Source: Octopus sinensis (Eukaryota). From it: DNA of 64,000 nucleotides. The stretch spans positions 1-64,000 of the forward strand of contig NW_021831992.1 in assembly GCF_006345805.1 (NCBI RefSeq). The letters are read 5' to 3'. Position 1 is the stretch's first letter. Each line of letters begins with the position of its first letter. The notes under the pieces are model-generated. The model was not told the origin of the DNA, ran no database searches, and saw nothing but the letters and a program-made list of their open reading frames with translations. A program made the translations under genes and the position numbers. This document shows positions 11,758 to 23,910 of this stretch, piece after piece.

Positions 11758-11822
11758 ACAAATAACAGTAATGACGGTATTAGGACATATTGGCTATGCT
11801 GTTAAGAAACTCGCTTTGCATA

Positions 11823-12184
11823 TATATATGTTGATATGTAACTCTAAGCATTTGGTTGTATCATTTTTAACTATATGTGCCAAAAGCTCCTCAGGCATTT
11901 TATGAGCTTATAGAACAAAGATTAACGTATTTCTTGAAAAGATGCATACATAATAGTAATAAGTTTAAGAAGTCAGATCCTATATATATATAATCTATAT
12001 ATATAATCTATATTTATAGGATCTAACTTCTTAAATATATTATTTTGTAAACATCTTTTGCTCCATAAGTTCATAAAAACTCTGACGAGGTTCCGCACCA
12101 TATAGTTAAAAATGATACCTTTCTTAGCATATCACGAAATGCTTAGAATAAATATCAACTGGGGGCTAGAGCAGAAACATATAT
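11823..12184. repeat. Inverted pair of a short element around a (TA)n centre; decayed hammerhead-like core in the right arm
   Basis: TTAAGAAGTCAGATCCTATA / TATAGGATCTAACTTCTTAA and TCATTTTTAACTATATG / CATATAGTTAAAAATGA are mirrored. CTGACGA lies at 12082 and GAAA at 12136. Confidence 0.75.
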
Positions 12185-12606
12185 GTAGGTTTTTCGCATC
12201 TCATATTTCTTTTTGAGCTTTAAAACTTATAGTTTATTTATATTGTTATTTTTAAAAGAAAATTCAGCACTTTTATATCACGCAAATAAATTATTCACAA
12301 ATCCATCTTTGTCCATTTTCTCTTTCAATACATATATATATATATATATATACATATATATATACATATCGATCATATATACGCAACACAAAATACATCA
12401 ACACACAATCACATCCATACACACACACACACACACACACATACACAAACGCACACACACACACGCACACACTCAACTCACACACAAAAGAGTCACATGC
12501 AGCCAATACAATAATACATATTTGATATCTATTATACCAACATATTGATCTAGTGAGGTGCGTGGGTGTAAATATATATATATATGTGTGTGTGTATGTG
12601 TGTATA

Positions 12607-12731
<125 letters not shown>

Positions 12732-12743
12732 TACATACAATCA

Positions 12744-12782
<39 letters not shown>

Positions 12783-13180
12783 GCAGATGTAAATTGGCGT
12801 GTTTAGAAACACAAAGCAATATCTTGACGTTTCTTTCCAACCGGAAAATCTATAACCTAAACCAGATCTCGAGGGGAATCTTCTTTCTCATTGATCTTTA
12901 TATAGCAATCATGTTTCTTAATCAACCCGTAAATTATTCCTCATATACACATAAGATAATAATTATAGTTTGTTTTTTCTGTCCGTTTGTTTTCTTTTCT
13001 GATTTTGGTCTTTATAGTCTGTTAAGAAAAACGGGATTTGTTCATAAGCAAGCATGCAAATAGATTTAACACATGTCTAATAGCTATCTATCAAGCTATA
13101 TCCGTTTGTCTGAACACACAAACACACAGACACACACACTTGCATACATATTTGTGCATAGACATATGTATGCCTACACC

Positions 13181-13213
<33 letters not shown>

Positions 13214-13514
13214 ATGTGTGTGTGTATGTGTGTGTGTGTGTGTGTGTGTGCTTGCTTCTATATATTTCTGATGTAACTGTTAGGTGTTACTTAGGCACTC
13301 AACTATGAGTTCATCACATTTTAGAGTGGAAACAGCTGTAAGCCTATGAATTAATAAGATAATCGTTTATTCCTTTCTTATCTCTTTTATTATACGTATA
13401 TCTACTTACATATTTTTCTATTTTTGGCACACTACATGAAGATGCCAATGCTACCAGACCAAAGCTCCGCATACAGGATGCTAGCAAGTTTATGTAGTTT
13501 ATCAGACGAGAATA

Positions 13515-13685
13515 CGAAGGCGAGCTGCCAGAAACTTTAGCGCGCGGGGCGAAATATTTAGCGGTATTTCGCCTGCCACTACGTTTTGAGATCAAATTCC
13601 GCCGAAGTCGACATTGCCTTTCATCCTTTCGGGGTCAATTAAATAAGTACCAGTAACGCACTAGGGTCGATATAATCAACTTAAT
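13515..13685 (+). mobile_element. SINE family A
   Basis: GAAGGCGAGCTGCCAGAAAC head and CCGCCGAAGTCGAC..TCATCCTTTCGGGGTC body. Confidence 0.88.
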
Positions 13686-14030
13686 AAGAAGACAATACAA
13701 GCCATTGGGGGGGGGCTCATTGTGCATCAGCCCCCACTCACAGAAATGTTGTCCTGCTTGCTAGATCAAGTCGGTATCAGGTTTCACTCAATATTTTTCT
13801 TGTTATTGTTCGTCACTTTTTGACCAATTCCAATAAGTTTCCTCCTCCTCGGTAGCCTGTATATCACTCATGATGTTAATTACTTTACGATGAATTAGGT
13901 CTAGCGACAAAAGTCTCCTCTGTGTTCAACGAATCCTCTAAATCTGACCTTGACTGAAAATTGCTCTGCTTTCCAGCCTGCGTATACTGTGAGTAGGGAC
14001 GACTGGCTGCCACCCCAAGCAGGTAGGTGT

Positions 14031-14075
14031 CTAGTACTGATGAAGAGTAAAGACCCAGAAACCATAGTGATTCGC
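14031..14075 (+). ncRNA. Hammerhead motif copy 1 (core intact, cleavage site decayed)
   Basis: CTAGTA-CTGATGA-A-GAGT-aaag-ACCC-A-GAAA-CCATAG-T-G. H17 is G and the 3' arm of helix I is lost, so it is probably inactive. Confidence 0.55.
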
Positions 14076-14160
14076 TTTCTTACTCCCAAAATATTGGACA
14101 CAGGTTGTGTGTCGTTAACCAGCTGGAAAAAGTGTTTGCCTGGGGTTAAAATGTAGTAAC

Positions 14161-14405
14161 TTTTTTACTCTTTTACTTGTTTCAGTCATTTGACTGTGGC
14201 CATGCTGGAGCACCGCTTTAGTCGAGCAAATCGACCCCAGGACTTATTGTTTGTAAGCCTAGTTCTTATTCTATCGGTTTCTTTTTTCGAACCGCTAAGT
14301 TGCGGGGACGTAAACACACCAGCATCGGTTGTCAAGCGATGTTGGGGGGACAAACACAGACACACAAACGCACGCACACACACACACACGCGCACACACA
14401 CACAC

Positions 14406-14471
<66 letters not shown>

Positions 14472-14644
14472 GTATATATATATATACGAAGGGCTTCTTT
14501 CTGTTTCCGTCTACCAAATTCCCTCAGAAGGCTTTGATCGGCCCGAGGCTATAGTAGAAGTTACTTGCCCAAGGTGCCACGTAGTGGGACTGAACCTGGA
14601 ACCATGTGGTTAGTAAGCAAGCTACTTAACACACAGCTACTCCT
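14161..14644 (-). mobile_element. SINE family B inserted into the first hammerhead unit
   Basis: Full reverse-complement family B copy with internal (CA)n/(TA)n; the host unit sequence resumes at 14645. Confidence 0.93.
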
Positions 14645-14824
14645 AGAACAGTCATGTTTTAGTGACAAAAAAACGTTATCGTCTAGTATTGTTACTACTT
14701 ACATCTCATTTAGAGATTTATAAGTAACTATTTTGCTCGTTATGATATCAACGGTTGTCTACCGCTTCTCTGTTTATATAATGTGAATAGGGACGATAGA
14801 CTTCCATCTCTAGCAAGCAGGTGT

Positions 14825-14869
14825 CCAGTAGCGATGAAGAGTAACGACGCAGAAACCATGGTCTACTGG
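14825..14869 (+). ncRNA. Hammerhead motif copy 2 (helices I and III intact, core mutated)
   Basis: CCAGTA-GCGATGA-A-GAGT-aacg-ACGC-A-GAAA-CCATGG-T-C-TACTGG: helix I CCAGTA/TACTGG, palindromic ACCATGGT helix III, GUC triplet. The core has C3G and U4C changes. Confidence 0.6.
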
Positions 14870-15056
14870 TCTTGCCAATATCGGACACAAGTTGTGTGTC
14901 GTTAATCAGCTGGAAAAGACGTTTTCCAGGGTTAAAATTTAGTAACATAGTTCTTTATAAAACAGCCATGTTATAGTGGCAAAAAACATTACCGTCAAGT
15001 ATTGTTACCGCTTATATCTCGTTTATAGATTTTGGAACTAGTCATTTTGCTCGTTA

Positions 15057-15104
<48 letters not shown>

Positions 15105-15197
15105 TTCATCAAAATTTAGATTCAGATGAATATGGTACTTAAGTTAAAGACACCAGAATTTTGTATGGTATTATCCATATAAATCAAATGGGGTGAT

Positions 15198-15380
15198 TAT
15201 AATCAAAATAAGCCACTAAGATATCCAATGTAGTGTAGTACAATTATTTCATGCTACTTCATTTTATTAAACACTGTAAGTATTTTAAAACTGATGTAAT
15301 ACTTACAGTGTTTAATAAAATGAAGCAGCTTGAAACAATTGTACTACACTACCTTGGATATCCTTGTTGCTTATTTTGAT

Positions 15381-15384
<4 letters not shown>
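15198..15384. repeat. Long imperfect palindrome (~87-bp arms, 13-nt loop)
   Basis: TATAATCAAAATAAGC...ACACTGTAAGTATT / AATACTTACAGTGT...GCTTATTTTGATTATA; loop TTAAAACTGATGT. Confidence 0.88.
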
Positions 15385-15434
<50 letters not shown>

Positions 15435-15715
15435 CACACACCTACATCATTACTATCATCTCGACCGGTATTGGTGTGAATGTAATCGACTTACTCCTGT
15501 CTTGAAAACTGCTGGTCTTAAGCCAAAATGGGAACGAATATTCAGAAACAACATTTAAATATTATCCTCAGAAGAGGTCATTGGCGCCGTTATTTCTCGT
15601 TTGATTATTCTATATTCAGAGAAAGAAATAAAAGTTTATGTATTACATTGTTGTATCGAGATCAAATTTTATCCCATTGAAATTTGTTAAAACCGAATTG
15701 ATTAGCAAAGAGCGT

Positions 15716-15738
15716 TAATAATAATAACAATAATAATA

Positions 15739-15783
<45 letters not shown>

Positions 15784-15794
15784 TCATAATAATG

Positions 15795-15831
<37 letters not shown>

Positions 15832-15908
15832 TGATAGTAATAATGATGATGATGATGATTATGATGATGATGCTAAAAAATAATAATATAATAATAATAA
15901 TAATAATG

Positions 15909-15972
<64 letters not shown>

Positions 15973-15980
15973 TAATAATA

Positions 15981-16020
<40 letters not shown>

Positions 16021-16028
16021 GATGATGC

Positions 16029-16071
<43 letters not shown>

Positions 16072-16075
16072 AATA
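15716..16075. repeat. (TAA)n/(TGA)n trinucleotide microsatellite
   Basis: Direct inspection. Confidence 0.97.
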
Positions 16076-16154
16076 ATTATAGCAATGCAACTAATACTAA
16101 TTTTATTCCCCTTCGCTTTTATTTGTTTCGTTAATTTTATGAACTCTTTTAAAG

Positions 16155-16207
16155 AACGACTCAACTATACAATGGCTAACAGACTTTCTGATGAAGAAAT
16201 ATTTAAG
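16155..16207 (+). CDS. Candidate small coding exon of an unidentified gene
   Basis: Pyrimidine-rich acceptor ..CTCTTTTAAAG|; weak donor AAG|GTTCCA. Two frames are open: NDSTIQWLTDFLMKKYL and xRLNYTMANRLSDEEIFK. Confidence 0.25.
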
Positions 16208-16259
16208 GTTCCATTAAAATATTTACTAATTACCAATTCAAAAACTTTTTCTACCATGA

Positions 16260-16301
16260 CGATGGATGTCGTTGTTGTTGTTGTCGTTGTTGTTGTTGTT
16301 G

Positions 16302-16349
<48 letters not shown>

Positions 16350-16900
16350 GATGATGATGATAGTGATGATGACGTATTGGTATTGTATTGTTTTAGTGTG
16401 GATGTTTAAGTAGTATACGTGAAGGTGATGGCGGTGGTGGTGCTGGCGGTGCTGGTGCTGGTGGTGCTGGTGCTGGTGGCGGTAACAATGGTGGTGGAGG
16501 TGTTTCTGAGGCCATTGTAGGTGGCACCGGCTGTTATGATGGAGGTAGCGATGAGGGTACAGTGGTGGTAAATCTGTCATTGTAGTGGTAGAAGCGATTG
16601 TAATAAGCATCTTGTTGTTGTTGGTAGTGGTGGTAGTGGTGGTGGTGGTAGTGATGGTGGTGGTGGTGGTGGCGGCGGAGGCGGTGGTCCTCATGGTGTT
16701 TAAGGAAGCGCTTTGGTGCTACTGACACTAGTATATATGCTACTACAAGTGTTAGAAATGATGTTGTTAGTGGTAGATGCGATGGTATTTCTTGTGGCAG
16801 ATGATTGTGGTGGCGATGAATTTGGTGGCAGAGTATTGGCGGTAACCACACTAATGGTATCAAGAATTACAGCTGTAGTATCGATGTAGAAGAGAATCGG
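16260..16900. repeat. GTT/GAT/GGT low-complexity region
   Basis: Mixed trinucleotide runs. Confidence 0.9.
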
Positions 16901-17575
16901 TAGTCGTGGCTGTCAATATTAAAGTAGCGATGTTTTTTTCTGTCTCTATTCATATAAAACAAAGAGATCGTCGATCATACTCAAAGAGTCTTTCACAGTG
17001 GAACCAAACCGAAATTGCCTGAAAGTGCACAATATTGATATGCTATTCACCTTAATTAACTAATCAACATATTCTAGAACATTAGCATTGCACTAAACAT
17101 TAAGGTTAATTACAGAAATAATTAACAGAATTTACTGACGAATAACGTCACGACGAGATCAAATCCTGTTTGGGTAGGCTTTGTATTTCTTTCTTCTGGG
17201 TTCCAGAGTGAAGCAAGATTAGATAAAGAGTTAACTCAGTTATTATAGCTATGAATGTTGTAGTAATTCATTGCTAGAATACGGTCTCTTGAAGACGTCG
17301 TATGACGGGTAAAGTAGACTTGTATGTCCCACTTCGTCGTTCCACCACATGATTCTCATATGGTTACCAAATCAAGTCGGACCTAAACCCTTTTGCAGTG
17401 ACATCTACGTGGACTGCTATATGAAGGAGTGTTTTGCAATAATATTTCTTTTAGAAACCAATGTAATCTCGCTTGTAATCTACGCGATCAGAGACAATGT
17501 AGAGCTGCAAATACATACTGATCAATTTCTAGTGATTGATTTCAGGGTGTTTACAAAACGATTGCATTGTGGATG

Positions 17576-17629
<54 letters not shown>

Positions 17630-18139
17630 CGGACAGAGAGACAGATAGCCAGATGAATAGATAGATAGATAGATAGATAGACACATACATACATGCATAC
17701 ATACTTACATGCACACACACACTTATATACATACATACACAGATTAATACATTCATAGACACACACATACATACATACATACATACATACCTACATACAT
17801 ACATGCATACATATATACATACATATATTCATACATACTTGCATGCATGCATGCATACATACATACATACATGCATACATACATACATACATACATACGT
17901 ACATACATGCATACATACATACATATATACATACATACATACATATATACATACATACATACATATATTCATACAAACATAATACATACATATATATCTA
18001 TTCATATGTGCATATAAATACAAGTATGTCAAATACCATACAATATAAATATAAAAATATTAAGAATATCTCCGTCTCATGTGGATGTATCGTAATTAAC
18101 AAATATTTAAGAACATTAATATTATTATTATTATTATAT

Positions 18140-18426
18140 GTATGACTTTTGCTTTACATTTGCACAAGCTGGCTCCAAGTCTCACCCAGAGACCTCAAGA
18201 GACAGCAAGTTGGAAGTTCATGTTGGTGTTATGCATGTTGGTTTTGTACTTTGTGTTGTACTAGTGAATGCCTAAAAAAAGACATGCGAAAATTATGTTT
18301 GTTTTAAAACTTGAGATTACAAAGAAAGTATTTTGCGTAGGATACGAGCAGTTCCCATGAGCACTATCTTTTGAATTTCTACCATTTTGGGGTTTCCTGG
18401 TATCTGAGTTAGGTAGCTATCAGCAA
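18140..18426 (-). mobile_element. 5'-truncated R4/Dong-like (RLE-endonuclease) non-LTR retrotransposon 3' end
   Basis: Minus strand reads ..[34 protein letters not shown], matching the 'IQKxVLLGTAxILRKxL' C-terminus of RLE-clade ORFs (from recall). A 3' UTR follows, and both sides are (TAA)n/(ATT)n. Confidence 0.75.
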
Positions 18427-18489
18427 TTATTATTATTATTATTATTATTATTATTGTTATTATTATTATTATTATTATTTTATTATTTA

Positions 18490-18542
<53 letters not shown>

Positions 18543-18827
18543 TCTTTCACTCGGCTCGTATGCTACCCTCGAGGCTGGTGCCCATCTTCTAACTACAGCT
18601 AATACTGGAATGGAACTAACTTCGATCCTTGGTTCCGTGTCGCGCTTCACCCTAGACTTTTTTATCTATACATGTGCATATGCGAGCGCGCACACACACT
18701 CACACTCATATAAATTTATAAACATGTATAATATACATACATGTATGATACATATATATGTATATATGCACAACACACACACATATGTATATATATATAT
18801 ATATTATATATATATATGTATATACAT

Positions 18828-18927
<100 letters not shown>

Positions 18928-19649
18928 TACAGGACTGGCCAAAAGTCACTGGATAGTGAAGCAAAGCCCATTTAATTCCAAGATTTATTATGTTTAACAA
19001 CTGAATGAATTTAATAAATTAGTTAAAAAGTATCTAAATATTAAAGATCATGAAAATTGTTCAAACTGAAAATTGCTCAAATTATTGAAAGCACATTTTT
19101 CCATTAGTATCAATACTGATTTACAGATAGTATTTATGGAATTTTTATTTACTGTCAACCCTGCATATATATATATGCATAGACGCTGACTTACGCGCAC
19201 AATTACAGACAAGAAAACAATCTACAACATGTAATTCCAACATATAATTGCAATTTACAACATATAATTTACAACATGTAATTCAAGTACCATGCATAAA
19301 ACAAAGTCCTATTTGATATCACTACATAACAATCATTTATGTCCGAATTTTTTTGATACTAAGATCTCTATTTTCCTAATGTAAAGATGGATAACGTAAA
19401 TGTTGTTAATTCATTCATTAAAAAAAAGCTATTATCATATATATATTATTTAAATAAGGCTGAAAAATTTTCACAGGCCATTACTCTGACTTTCACGTGA
19501 CAGTTCATCAGAAAATTGTATTTCTCATAACTCTTTTGTGAAACTGTGAGTAACAGTTTGTGAAGATCCTTTCAGCCTTAATAAAATAGCATATTATTCT
19601 ATCTCTGATACTCGAGTACTATTTTCTAATTTGTTTTGTAACCATGTGC

Positions 19650-19681
<32 letters not shown>

Positions 19682-19756
19682 GATATAATATATATATATA
19701 TATATATTCGCATTATTAAATCTCAGAATGGAGATTAAAACAGTAATCGCTCGATA

Positions 19757-19958
19757 ATGTAAAGTATAGAAGCCATCTTAATATGGCTAACCACAAAGTC
19801 TTTCAAGAAAGGGATGGCCTCCCTTTGCAAAATACTTCAAGGGCACGGAAATGGTGTCCTAAAGCCAGCTGGAGACGATGATCTCCTGGGGGCTATAAAG
19901 CTACAGTAAACCCCCTCCCTTTGTGGTTAGCCATATTAAGATGGCTTCTATACTTTAC

Positions 19959-19960
<2 letters not shown>
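19757..19960. repeat. Element with perfect 42-bp inverted arms and a GC-richer multi-hairpin interior
   Basis: 19757-19798 is the exact reverse complement of 19919-19960; flanked by (TA)n tracts. Confidence 0.88.
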
Positions 19961-20006
<46 letters not shown>

Positions 20007-20110
20007 AAAATTATATCTATATAAGGATAAGATCGTTAATTTAAAAATAATACGATTTATCAAGTGGTCACTGGGAAAAAATAACTTTCAAAAGTAATAA
20101 TTATAAAAAT

Positions 20111-20281
20111 TATAAATTGGGGTATCTACGAAATATCACCATGCTGAAAATAGCAGCCATGATCTGACTCTAAACTTTGTGTTCTCTCCGTTTTGATATA
20201 TGGACAATTAACGTAGTTTTAGAGTCAGAACATGGCTGCTATTTTCAGCATGGTGGTATCTCTTAGGTACCCCAATTTATA
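20111..20281. repeat. Inverted repeat with ~65-bp arms and ~38-nt spacer
   Basis: ATAAATTGGGGTA..CACCATGCTGAAAATAGCAGCCATG..CTGACTCTAAA is mirrored at 20215-20281 with few mismatches. Confidence 0.88.
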
Positions 20282-20300
20282 TATATATATATATATATAT

Positions 20301-20813
20301 ACGAGCAAAGCGCCCCCCATCCAATGGACGGTGCTGAGTTGTCAAACATTTAAACCAAATGTTCTCAATACAACTTGTCCAAAAGTCCCATAAGCCTCCT
20401 CTTTGAGAAAAATTGATTTAACCTAAATTTGAGACACCAGTAAAAGAAGAAATAAAGATAGACGTTTTTTCTATTCCAAAGAAAAACGTTTTTTTTTTCA
20501 CACAAATATGCAACCGAAGAGTAATGATAAGGCTGGTTTAACCAGTAAGCTTGGCAGGAAAGGAACGTGCATTTAAGCAGTACAAAAACAACAAAAAATG
20601 GAAGGTGGAGTTATGTACAGGATGACGGAAAAAAAGCAGGACGAAAATGGCTTTATCGATCGCATTCTCACTGGGAATCAATTTTTGTAATTTTTTGAAG
20701 ACTTATACACGCCCTGATACAGTCGGTATCTATATATCAAATTTGAGCGCCATCGGATGGAGGATGCCCGAGATCCTAGAAGACATGCACACAGACAGAA
20801 CGGATTTTATATA
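20301..20813 (-). mobile_element. Helitron/Helentron-like non-autonomous element
   Basis: Minus strand starts TATATAAAATCCGTTCTGTCTGT.. and ends ..GGGGCGCTTTGCTCGT inside a (TA)n tract, a terminal style I associate with animal Helitron-type non-autonomous repeats. No TIR or TSD seen. Confidence 0.45.
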
Positions 20814-21744
20814 ATATATATATATGTTCGTTAACTCCACTTAGACTGTTGGTGTAAGGTCAACGAAACTCAAACGGACAACTCCTCTAAACCCAAGAAA
20901 TGTACTAAGGGGTCTATTGTTTTAAGGGCCGCCGCCTATTTGCGGTCCCACTGACCTCCCTATTTTTACTTCATTTTAAAGTAAACACATGGTATTGGCG
21001 ACCAAATCAGAGCAATGACAGTGAATTTCATACCATGAACTCCCTGGAGGTATCATAAGGAGGTTCAATTTCTGAAGGGCTGCTTAAATGGGGCCCGCTT
21101 ACCCCCACTATTTTTATTGTATTTACCTCGCTCCTACGCTTATTGATTAAATTATTATCAGCATCAGTGTTTAGCACATTTGCAGAAATAATTTTGGACA
21201 TTCTAAATACCTTCAGGTACATTCTAATCGAGATAATATGTTACAGCATGTATGTTTCAAATGTCGTAGTTTGGACATTTATATTTTGTAGTTTATGAAA
21301 ATCATGTCTTGTTGGAAACCTAATCTTCCTGTTCTAGTTACAGTATCCTAAAGTGTTGTCTATAAATGCTAATCACTATAGGATTTCACTATAGGGAGCG
21401 TACTTGTGTGAAACGATCGTAAGATGTTTTAAATACTTAATTCAAACCACTTAAATTGTCATATAGATTATATATCTATACTTATACATATTTACATATA
21501 TTTTTATACATATTTATATATTTTTAATACAACAATAATTTTTCACGCGTGTATATCTTTCTGAGGAGTTTACTGATATTGATTTCCTAATATTAATAAT
21601 AATAATATATTATCAAAAATATATATATATACACTCGCTCGTATTAAATATATAAATAATTTAATAGTATTAAAACTTTAATACAATAGAGCACTCAATA
21701 TAAATCTGTATATAATATTCTCGTTGAATATATTTAAACTAAAG

Positions 21745-21802
<58 letters not shown>

Positions 21803-21954
21803 AAATGTAACCACATATGAATCGTTGGCGATTTTCGTCCTCCGTCTTCCTTTTCTATTCGACTTTTCTCTGTTTCTGCTAATACTTTACATGTGCCACG
21901 TACTCGCGTTGTTGTATTTTGTGCTTGTTATTCTTCTTTTGGGGGATTTACCAT

Positions 21955-21955
21955 A

Positions 21956-21987
<32 letters not shown>

Positions 21988-22245
21988 TATGTATTTATGT
22001 ATGTATGTATGTATGCATGTATGTATGTGTGTATGTATGTGTATGTATGTATGTATTATGTGTGTATGTGTGTATGTATGCATGTATGTATGTATGTATG
22101 TGTGTATGTATGTGTGTATGTGTGTATGTATGTATGTATGTGTGTATGTATGTATGTATGTGTGTACGTGTGTATGTGTGTATGTATGTATATGTATGTA
22201 TGTATGTATGTATGTATGCAGCTATGTATGTATGTATGTACGTAT
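21955..22245. repeat. (TATG)n/(TG)n compound microsatellite
   Basis: Direct inspection. Confidence 0.96.
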
Positions 22246-23254
22246 AGGTATTATGTCCTTTTTCTTTGAGTTTTATCGAGTTTCTAAGAGTATTGAAACC
22301 GGTCGCTAACAGTGGAAAGACTTCGTGTTTGTAAATTTGTGTGTGTGTGTGTGTGTGTGAAATAGACGATACTTCATATCTGTAAGAAAAAGATACAACG
22401 TCGAGTGGCGTAACCAGAATCTGCGTGCCCCCAGAGCAACACTCAAGTCTTACGAGACAATACAGGCTTATAAATCTAATCCAAATGTGCCGCCTCCATT
22501 AAAGTGCCACCTCCATAAGAGCGCCACCTGAAACGAACTACCTCCTTACCATTTCCTCATCCTTATTTATGCTACTGACCAGGATATAGATGCTCTTACT
22601 TAATTCTCAGCGAAAATCTTTATTTACTGTATGGATGGCATTTTTTAGCTTCTGTCTACCAGCTTCCGGTCACATAGTATTTATCAGCCTTGACACAGTG
22701 GAATTCTAATAAAAAGCCGTTCCAACAATGCCAAATTCGGCAGTTCTGTGACAACTCTATTCAATACGTACATCTTTTTTTATGATCGTGGGGCGTATTT
22801 TGAGGAAGATTCGGCTGTCACTTCTTGTAGGTGTGTCAACCTTGTAAATGATTCTTAATTATTTTGGTTATTTATTTAGTTTTTAAGAAAAATAAAGTGG
22901 GCTTCAGCAAGATATCAATTTTAAGTTAAGAAGAAATTAAGGAAGTACTTGATCGCATTTAACCCAACACGTTACTGTTCCCAAACCTCAATTTCCTTCT
23001 TATCTCTTCTGATAAATATAAATATTGCTACCCTGGGGTACGATACCTGAGTGGTTACATCGTTGCTAATATCAGTTCAAGTGTAAGGTGTTTTATGTTC
23101 ACCACAGCGGGTGCCCTTATCTCAAAATCAGGACAGTTCATCCTAAATTTTTATGTAGGCGGTCGATTGTCAGTTTTTTACAGTGAAAGATATTGCGATA
23201 TTTCTACGGTTTACCTACTAAATTCGAATTTCTCTGAGGTCAGCTTACTTTATG

Positions 23255-23910
23255 AGAGGCGTGTGGCTTAGTGTTTGGGACTCATGATCGTAAGATTGTG
23301 GTTTCGATTCAGGGCCGAGTTGAGACCCATCGATGCCCTAAGTACTTATAAGATTTTGGTGCCCCCATAAAAGATTATGTAATTCAAAATATAAACAATG
23401 ACATGTCATCAAATAAATTTTTTTTTTCAAAAAGAAATAAAACAGTAAGAGAGAAATTGATGTTTATTTTTGTATATTTACATTTTATTTATATCTGTAA
23501 AGTTTTCGCCTACTTTTTTGAATTGCAAACCCTTTAATCAGATCCTCAAAATTAACACATGTGCATCTATACTTAGTAGAGATAAAGGCATCCTGAATAT
23601 TATTTTAGCGAGTTTAAAGTAATTTCTTTTGTTCCGTAAACCATTTACCATTTCTGTGGTGCCCCCTCCTTCCCTTGATGCCCTAAGCACGTCCTTATTT
23701 TGCTTAATGGTTAATCCAGCGTTGCTTGGATTCCACGATCGGGCTACACGTTGTGTTCTTGAGCAAGACATTTCACTTCACCAGACTCCAGTTCATTTAG
23801 CTGGCATTAATTGAGTAATCTTGCAACGGACCGGCGTTATGTCCAAATGGGGAACATATATACCATAGAAACCTGGAACTGGCCTTTATGAGTCTATATG
23901 CCAGGAGAAG
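23255..23910 (+). mobile_element. SINE family C split by a nested hAT-like MITE
   Basis: Head GGCGTGTGGCTTAGTG..GGTTTCGATT ends at 23309; body GTTGTGTTCTTGAGCAAGACATTTCAC resumes after 23724. Confidence 0.75.
23310..23724. mobile_element. hAT-like non-autonomous element (MITE)
   Basis: Termini CAGGGCCGAGTT.. / ..GGTTAATCCAGCGTTG (decayed CAGGGCCGGATTAACC-type TIR), internal repeated GATGCCCTAAG and GGTGCCCCC motifs, and a degenerate 8-bp TSD TTTCGATT/CTTGGATT. Confidence 0.6.

Larger units (their letters stand above)
13985..15058 (+). mobile_element. Two tandem ~310-bp units each carrying a decayed type I hammerhead (retrozyme- or Penelope-like); unit 1 interrupted by a SINE
   Basis: Unit 1 (about 13985-14160 plus 14645-14743) aligns with unit 2 (about 14780-15058). 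Shared segments include GTGA(G/A)TAGGGACGA, GGACACA(G/A)GTTGTGTGTCGTTAA, CAGCTGGAAAA, GGTTAAAAT and ATTTTGCTCGTTATG. Confidence 0.8.

Noticed and set aside
19480-19520. Minus-strand CTGATGA...GAAA hammerhead candidate
   Set aside because: Helix II is only 2 bp, and no helix III or helix I pairing was found.
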